Positions 58,501-64,000 of a DNA stretch of 64,000 nucleotides are shown here, in pieces; the first letter of the stretch is position 1; each line of letters starts with the position of its first letter. The notes under the pieces are model-generated. The model was not told the origin of the DNA and did not search any database. It was given only the letters and a program-made list of their open reading frames with translations. Where the stretch lies: the NCBI GenBank assembly GCA_950097015.1, contig CATNEN010000038.1:25358001-25422000 (forward strand), read 5' to 3'. A program made the translations under genes and the position numbers. Origin of the DNA: Macrostomum hystrix (lineage: Eukaryota; Animalia; Platyhelminthes).

Positions 58501-60156
58501 GAAGATCTGAAGAACGGCAGCGATATGAGAATCAATTTACTGCATGTAAGCCTGCCTTTTTCTCTGTTCTTACTCTCTGCTGATATCACCCTATTTAGTG
58601 ATCTGACACCACCCTATTTAGTGATCTGACACCACCCTATTGTGATCTGACACCACCCTATTTAGTGATCTGACACCACCCTATTTAGCCATCTGACACC
58701 ACCCTATTTAGCCATCTGACACCACCCTATTTAGCCATCTGACGCCACCCTATTTAGTGATCTCACACCACCCTATTTAGCCATCTGACACCATCCTATT
58801 TAGTGATCTGACACCGCCCTATTTAGTCGTCTGACACCACCCTATTTAGTGATCTGACACCACCCTATAGTGATCTGACACCACCCTATTTAGTCGTCTG
58901 ACACCACCCTATTTAGTGATCTGACACCACCCTATTTAGCCATCTGACACCATCCTATTTAGTGATCTGACACCGCCCTATTTAGTCGTCTGACACCACC
59001 CTATTTAGTGATCTGACACCACCCTATAGTGATCTGACACCACCCTATTTAGTCGTCTGACACCACCCTATTTAGTGATCTGACACCACCCTATTTAGTG
59101 ATCCGACACCACACTATTTAGTCGTCTGACACCGCCCTATTTAGTCGTCTGACACCACCCTATTTAGTCATCTGACACCACATTATTCAGTCGTCTGACA
59201 CCACCCTATTTAGTCATCTGACACCACATTATTCAGTCGTCTGACACCACCCTATTTAGTCATCTGACACCACATTATTCAGTCGTCTGACACCACCCTA
59301 TTTAGCCATCTGACACCACCCTATTTAGTGATCTCACACCACCCTATTTAGCCATCTGACACCACCCTATTTAGTGATCTGACACCACCCTATTTAGCCA
59401 TCTGACACCACCCTATTTAGTGATCTGACACCACCCTATTTAGCCATCTGACATCTGACAACCCGAACTGACCCGCAGGTGTTGCAAAACTCTACAGCCA
59501 ATCCGTGGGTGATATTTCGCAGTATAGGATCCAGATTTCTATATTTAAAAGGCGACTCAAATCAGATGAGCAAACTGAGCGGCTTACCACCGGAAGCAGA
59601 TAAACTACACACTCCAATCAGCCTAGAAGCAAAGTTAAACGCGTCTGGCCAAGCATCCGACATCTCCTGGTGGCAATTGAGTGATCTCTACACCGGCAGC
59701 CACCTGTGCCCCGGCAATTATTCTAATCCTCCGGCTGACAACGAGGCGCACAATTCTCTCCTTCTGGTGCTGCTGTCCCAGAAAGCCAGATCCGAGAATC
59801 GCCTGATTCAAGCCATCCAGAAGGTCGGCATGTACGGCATACTGTCAGTGTTTCTCATCTCTATCGCTCGCATACTTAGGTCGGGCATTGTGCCTGTACA
59901 CTATCTGGTGGCCTACGTTGAAATGCCGCACGTTGATCGGATCCTAGCCCTAATGAACGATATCTACCTGGTTAGGGAGACTGGAGAATTGCAACTAGAA
60001 GAAGAGCTATTCGCCAAATTGCTCTATCTGTTTAGATCGCCAAATATGCTTTTGCGTTATAGCCAAACGCCTGAACACATCTTGGCTAGATTCTATCGCG
60101 CTGATAATCGTGACGCCGACGATGATAATGCTACGGTTAGGGCTAAACGCGAATGA
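34520..60156 (+). CDS. piezo: Piezo-type mechanosensitive ion channel, ~2626 aa
   Basis: 24 phase-consistent exons (7881 nt): 34520-34583, 34665-34748, 34838-34957, 35226-35566, 37257-37462, 39688-39856, 41025-41078, 41998-42030, 42428-43390, 43503-43651, 43955-44247, 44902-45071, 45428-45601, 46484-47174, 47812-47965, 48052-48709, 49457-49945, 50571-51447, 51537-51733, 54356-54652, 54747-54910, 56508-57105, 58288-58545, 59479-60156. Motifs: CLIRYNFFSLVYL, ADYFLLL..Q..VF..E, FLWGMMSAPYPTKRFW, KCIYFALSASQI..GYPSRVLGNFL, PFLFELRSIMDW (PFEW motif), VDRIL..DIYLVRETGELQLEEELFAKLLYLFRSP. Confidence 0.95.
35610..37200. repeat. 17-bp minisatellite (CTAGATCCCCATCGATC)n in Piezo intron 4
   Basis: Degenerate tandem copies. 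Confidence 0.9.
37520..39650. repeat. 30-bp (GGATTGCTGTCATTCTCTCAGATCCCCGTT) then 29-bp (GTATTCCTGTCATGCTGTAAGATCCCATA) minisatellite in Piezo intron 5
   Basis: Two related units, switching near 38475. Confidence 0.92.
40020..40790. repeat. 16-bp GAGATGAGAC-family minisatellite in Piezo intron 6
   Basis: Same family as 5885-6545. Confidence 0.88.
44280..44860. repeat. 25-bp minisatellite (GTAGAGTGGTGTCTGGTAGGTTAGG)n in Piezo intron 11
   Basis: Tandem copies. Confidence 0.9.
45870..46300. repeat. ~30-bp minisatellite (TTTTTTCTGAAAAATCCTCTGAAACATTAG)n in Piezo intron 13
   Basis: Tandem copies. Confidence 0.9.
47330..47800. repeat. AATC-based degenerate satellite in Piezo intron 14
   Basis: Repeats of AATCAACGAATCAATGAATCAATCTATCAAC. 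Confidence 0.8.
48850..49400. repeat. 27-bp minisatellite (GGGATCTTTCCCATCCTCTGAGAATGT)n in Piezo intron 16
   Basis: Tandem copies. Confidence 0.93.
54965..55056 (+). mobile_element. Degenerate tRNA-derived SINE head or tRNA pseudogene
   Basis: A-box-like TAGCCTATTGG (54973-54983), B box GGTTCGATTCC (55026-55036), then TGTGTCCTT; no complete cloverleaf. Confidence 0.4.
55185..56147 (-). mobile_element. piggyBac-like MITE (longer copy)
   Basis: TIRs CAGTAGGACTACCAAG / CTTGGTAGTTCTACTG with degenerate TTAT/TTAC flanks; both ends align with 16416-16868. Confidence 0.78.
57128..58150. repeat. 30-bp minisatellite (TTGTATTTATCTGACACCCCAATAGAGTTT)n in Piezo intron 22
   Basis: Tandem copies. Confidence 0.93.
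58586..59460. repeat. 23-bp minisatellite (ATCTGACACCACCCTATTTAGTG)n in Piezo intron 23
   Basis: Tandem copies. Confidence 0.93.
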
Positions 60157-60393
60157 TCTTCCGTTAATATAGGTGCAATTCTGCAAAAAACACATAATAT
60201 TGACTTCTATTTCCTCTTGTTGTTTGTTCTATAATATTCTCATTGAGGATTTCCTTCAAGATTTCTATTTTTTCGTCTAGTTTATGAATCATTGTGCATG
60301 CGTCCTTTGACGCCAATTTTTTCGCAGTTTCTTTAAATCTATCTACGTAATAGTAGCGGGAAATTATATTTATATATTTATATTTATCTGTTA

Positions 60394-61740
60394 TAGACAC
60401 GGTTCATAACATGTTAGATACGGTTCATAACATGTTAGACGCGGATCAAAACATGTTAGATACGGTTCATAACATGTTAGACGTGGATCATAACATGTTA
60501 GATACGGTTCATAACATGTTAGACGCGGTTCATAACATGTTAGATACGGTTCATAACATGTTAGACGTGGATCATAACATGTTAGATACGGTTCATAACA
60601 TGTTAGACACTGATCAAAATAAGTTTGAACACGGTTCATAACATGTTAGACACTGATCAAAATAAGTTTGAACACGGTTCATAACATGTTAGACACTGAT
60701 CAAAATAAGTTTGAACACGGTTCATAACATGTTAGACACTGATCAAAATAAGTTTGAACACGGTTCATAACATGTTAGACAATGATAAAAATAAGTTTGA
60801 ACACGGTTCATAACATGTTAGACACTGATCAAAATAAGTTTGAACACGGTTCATAACATGTTAGACACTGATCAAAATAAGTTTAAACACGGTTCATAAC
60901 ATGTTAGACACTGATCAAAATAAGTTTGAACACGGTTCATAAAATGTTAGACAATGATCAAAATAAGTTTAAACACGGTTCATAACATGTTAGACACTGA
61001 TCAAAATAAGTTTGAACACGGTTCATAAAATGTTAGACAATGATCAAAATAAGTTTGAACACGGTTCATAACATGTTAGACACTGATCAAAATAAGTTTA
61101 AACACGGTTCATAACATGTTAGTCGCGGTTCATAACATGTTAGATACGGTTCATAACATGTTAGTCGCGGTTCATAACATGTTAGACGTGGATCAAAATA
61201 AGTTTAAACACGGTTCATAACATGTTAGATACGGTTCATAACATGTTAGATACGGTTCATAACATGTTAGACACTGATCAAAATAAGTTTAAACACGGTT
61301 CATAGCATGTTAGATACGGTTCATAACATGTTAGATACGGTTCATAACATGTTAGACACCGATCAAAATAAGTTTAAACACGGTTCATAACATGTTAGAT
61401 ACGGTTCATAACATGTTAGATACGGTTCATAACATGTTAGATACGGTTCATAACATGTTAGATACGGTTCATAACATGTTAGAAGTGGATCATAACATGT
61501 TAGATACGGTTCATAACATGTTAGACGCGGTTCATAACATGTTAGATACGGTTCATAACATGTTAGACGCGGATCAAAACATGTTAGATACGGTTCATAA
61601 CATGTTAGACGTGGATCATAACATGTTAGATACGGTTCATAACATGTTAGACACTGATCAAAATAAGTTTGAACACGGTTCATAACATGTTAGACGCGGA
61701 TCAAAACATGTTAGACATGGATCACAACATGTTAGATATG
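60394..61740. repeat. 21-bp minisatellite (GTTCATAACATGTTAGATACG) with a 43-bp dimeric higher-order block
   Basis: Tandem copies downstream of the Piezo stop codon. Confidence 0.93.
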
Positions 61741-62535
61741 GATGAGGATAGGTCAGCATCATAACAAACGCGATTTGACTGTTTATCATTTTGAATAGAT
61801 GCCTTTAGTACACGGAAGCTATGTCTCGCTTTCTTGTTAAATTTATTGCTGTTTCTTAAAAAAAGATATTTTTTTAACCGGAATAATTATTGTACAATTG
61901 TACTCTCATATTCTACTTATTTGATCTGGTCGTTCTCAGTTTTTTTGCAAGCAATTTATTAATGCATATTTTGTCTTTGTTTTTTCATGCCACATCTTTT
62001 TTCATTCGATTTCATTGCATTCAAATGTTATTCAGTACCTTCGCCATCTTTATTTAATTACTATAAAGTTGCAGTGAATAGTGAATATTATAAACTTGAC
62101 TTAATAAAACTGCTCAATCATGATTATGGTCAAATTCGATTCCTCTGGTGCAGTAATTTATCGACAATCTTAACTTGTTCTCTAGCTTATTTTATCAATG
62201 ACATTTTTCACTGATCGCATTATTTTGTTATTCCTTCTGGATCCGATTTTAAGTTACATTTTCCCTAATCCTTGTTTCGTTAATCCTCTGAGATACCATT
62301 TTAAGTTAATCCTGACATTCAATTTTAGTTAATCCTCTCAGATCCTATTTCTAGTTTATCCTCTCAGATCACATTTTAGTTAATCCTCACATTCAATTTT
62401 AGTTAATCCTCTCAGATCCTATTTCTAGTTTATCCTCTCAGATCACATTTTAGTTAACCCTCCCAGATCCCATACGAATGTAATATCGGATCCCCTATTT
62501 AGAAGTAGCCTTCTAAACATTTAATTTCAGCTAAA

Positions 62536-64000
62536 ATGTCCGTGACGTCATCCCATCAAGAAATTGACAGTACTTATTCGGCCGCAATGTACCTAAATCT
62601 GGAGCGAATAGTTGCCTCTTCTGCCACGCGTTTGCGTCACGAATGCGAAATTGGTGACGCTACTGATAAGGCCATTGTGAGCTGGTTAAAATAATACTCT
62701 ATCCATATATACTACTGATGCAAAGTAGTGAACTTATCGAGGCTTTTTAATTTAAATTTTAGTTTCACAAACAGCTGGTTGAGAGTTGGCTAGCTGCTCA
62801 TCGAATCGCTGAGCAGTTACCTGCGGCTTCTTCTAGTTCCTTATCGAGTTCTTATGCAGATCTGCTTCTAGCTCAACTGCGTCTTGTTATCAAACAGGAG
62901 GTTAAGCTGGTCGCTGATGCAACTCGAACGGTTGCTAGGGACAACCAACAGGTCGTAAGCGGGGTGTCGCAACAGCTGGAATCGGCTAGACTTGAGAGAC
63001 TGCGCCTGCTGGATGAGGCTGAAGAGACTGCGACTCGTTTGGACAGGGTTAGCTGGGGGACGTGGGATAATCTGATGGGGATGAAAGGACAGAATCGATG
63101 CGGTAAAAAGAGAGAAGTACCAATATGGGAAGAGAGGGAATAATTTATAGAGGGGAGGATCGATAAGGGAATAAAGGGGATAATCTATAGATAGGAGGAT
63201 CGATAAGGGAAGAAAGGGGATAATCTATAGATAGGAGGATCGATGAGGGAATAAAGGGGATAATCTATAGATAGGAGGATCGATAAGGGAAGAAAGCGGA
63301 TAATTTATAGAGGGGAGGATCGATAAATCGATAAAAAGGGATAAATCTTTAATCATCTGCAGGCCGTGACGCAACTAACGGAGTCCGTGCTGGACTTGGT
63401 GCCATCGTCGGCGACCAGCCCAGACCCAGCCGAGTCGTCAACTCTGCGCGAGACTCAACGGCTGCGGTCCCACTGCGCCACCCTGCTGGCCAAGCTGCGT
63501 CTGGACTCCGGTCAGGTCAGGCAGGCCACATACAGTGCCGAGAAGCTGCAACGACTGCGGCATGTTCAGTGAGTAAGCTTGTTTTCTTATAATGAAAACG
63601 GTGTTACATTTAACACTTGATCACGTTCAGTTAAAAGCTCCAATGTCTCATCTCTCCCCTGTCTCATCTCTCCCCTGTCTCATCTATCCTGTCTTATCTC
63701 TCCCGTCTCATCTCTTCTCTTCTCTCCCGTCTCATCTCTTCTCATCTCTCCCGTCTCATCTCTCCCCAGTCTGCTATCTCCCCGTCTTATCTTTCTTCTA
63801 TCTCATCTCTCTCGTGCCTTATCTCCTAATTAGTTACCTATAAGTAAGTCCTCTAACGAATGCGGTCACCTGAGCCCCCTGCCACTCAACCCCCTGTTAT
63901 CTCACGAATCTCCGTCATCCTCGCCTAGGTCTAAGCTTGCCGCGGAGCGGGCCAGTTTACTTTCCGAAATCGAACGCCTTCGCCAGCTGTCGCTCAGCTA
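62536..64000 (+). CDS. HAUS4: HAUS augmin-like complex subunit 4-like protein (3' end outside the window)
   Basis: Phase-consistent exons 62536-62676, 62775-63047, 63363-63568, 63929-64000. HCATLLAKLRL...ATYSAEKLQRLRHVQSKL...EIERLRQLSLSY resembles the HAUS4 C-terminal KC..M.LKLR...DTYT.EKV...R.I...L....E..RQ.L.SY pattern (from memory). Confidence 0.6.
63135..63345. repeat. 40-bp intronic minisatellite (GGATAATCTATAGATAGGAGGATCGATAAGGGAAGAAAGG)
   Basis: About 5 tandem copies. Confidence 0.85.
63643..63830. repeat. GAGATGAGAC-family minisatellite in reverse orientation
   Basis: GTCTCATCTCTCCC repeats. Confidence 0.8.

Overview
This is eukaryotic (animal) genomic DNA, not prokaryotic. It has intron-rich genes, CAG/GCT homopolymer runs in exons and very dense minisatellites; a Macrostomum-like flatworm is my unverified guess for the host. 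Four spliced genes lie on the + strand. (1) A SynGAP/DAB2IP/RASAL2-family RasGAP, 8 coding exons, 8445-17492, ~1214 aa. (2) An uncharacterised coiled-coil protein gene, 19355-26865 or -27430, with two possible 3' ends. (3) A complete Piezo mechanosensitive channel gene, 24 exons, 34520-60156, ~2626 aa, with an unusually substituted pore. (4) The 5' part of a HAUS4/augmin-like gene from 62536 to the window end. Intron 1 of gene 2 holds an apparently full-length LOA-clade-like non-LTR retrotransposon on the - strand (ORF1 plus APE-RT-RNase H), inserted into a 22-bp minisatellite. That element has a structured 5' UTR, an unpaired splice acceptor 6 nt before ORF1, and a frameshifting deletion in the endonuclease. 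Also present are a hAT MITE carrying a satellite, two piggyBac-like MITEs, a MITE with a 9-bp TSD, a tRNA-SINE-like remnant and more than 20 tandem arrays, mostly one per intron. Most long ORFs in the supplied track are artefacts of these repeats. Gene models were built by hand from splice signals, phase consistency and remembered family motifs; no database search was run.
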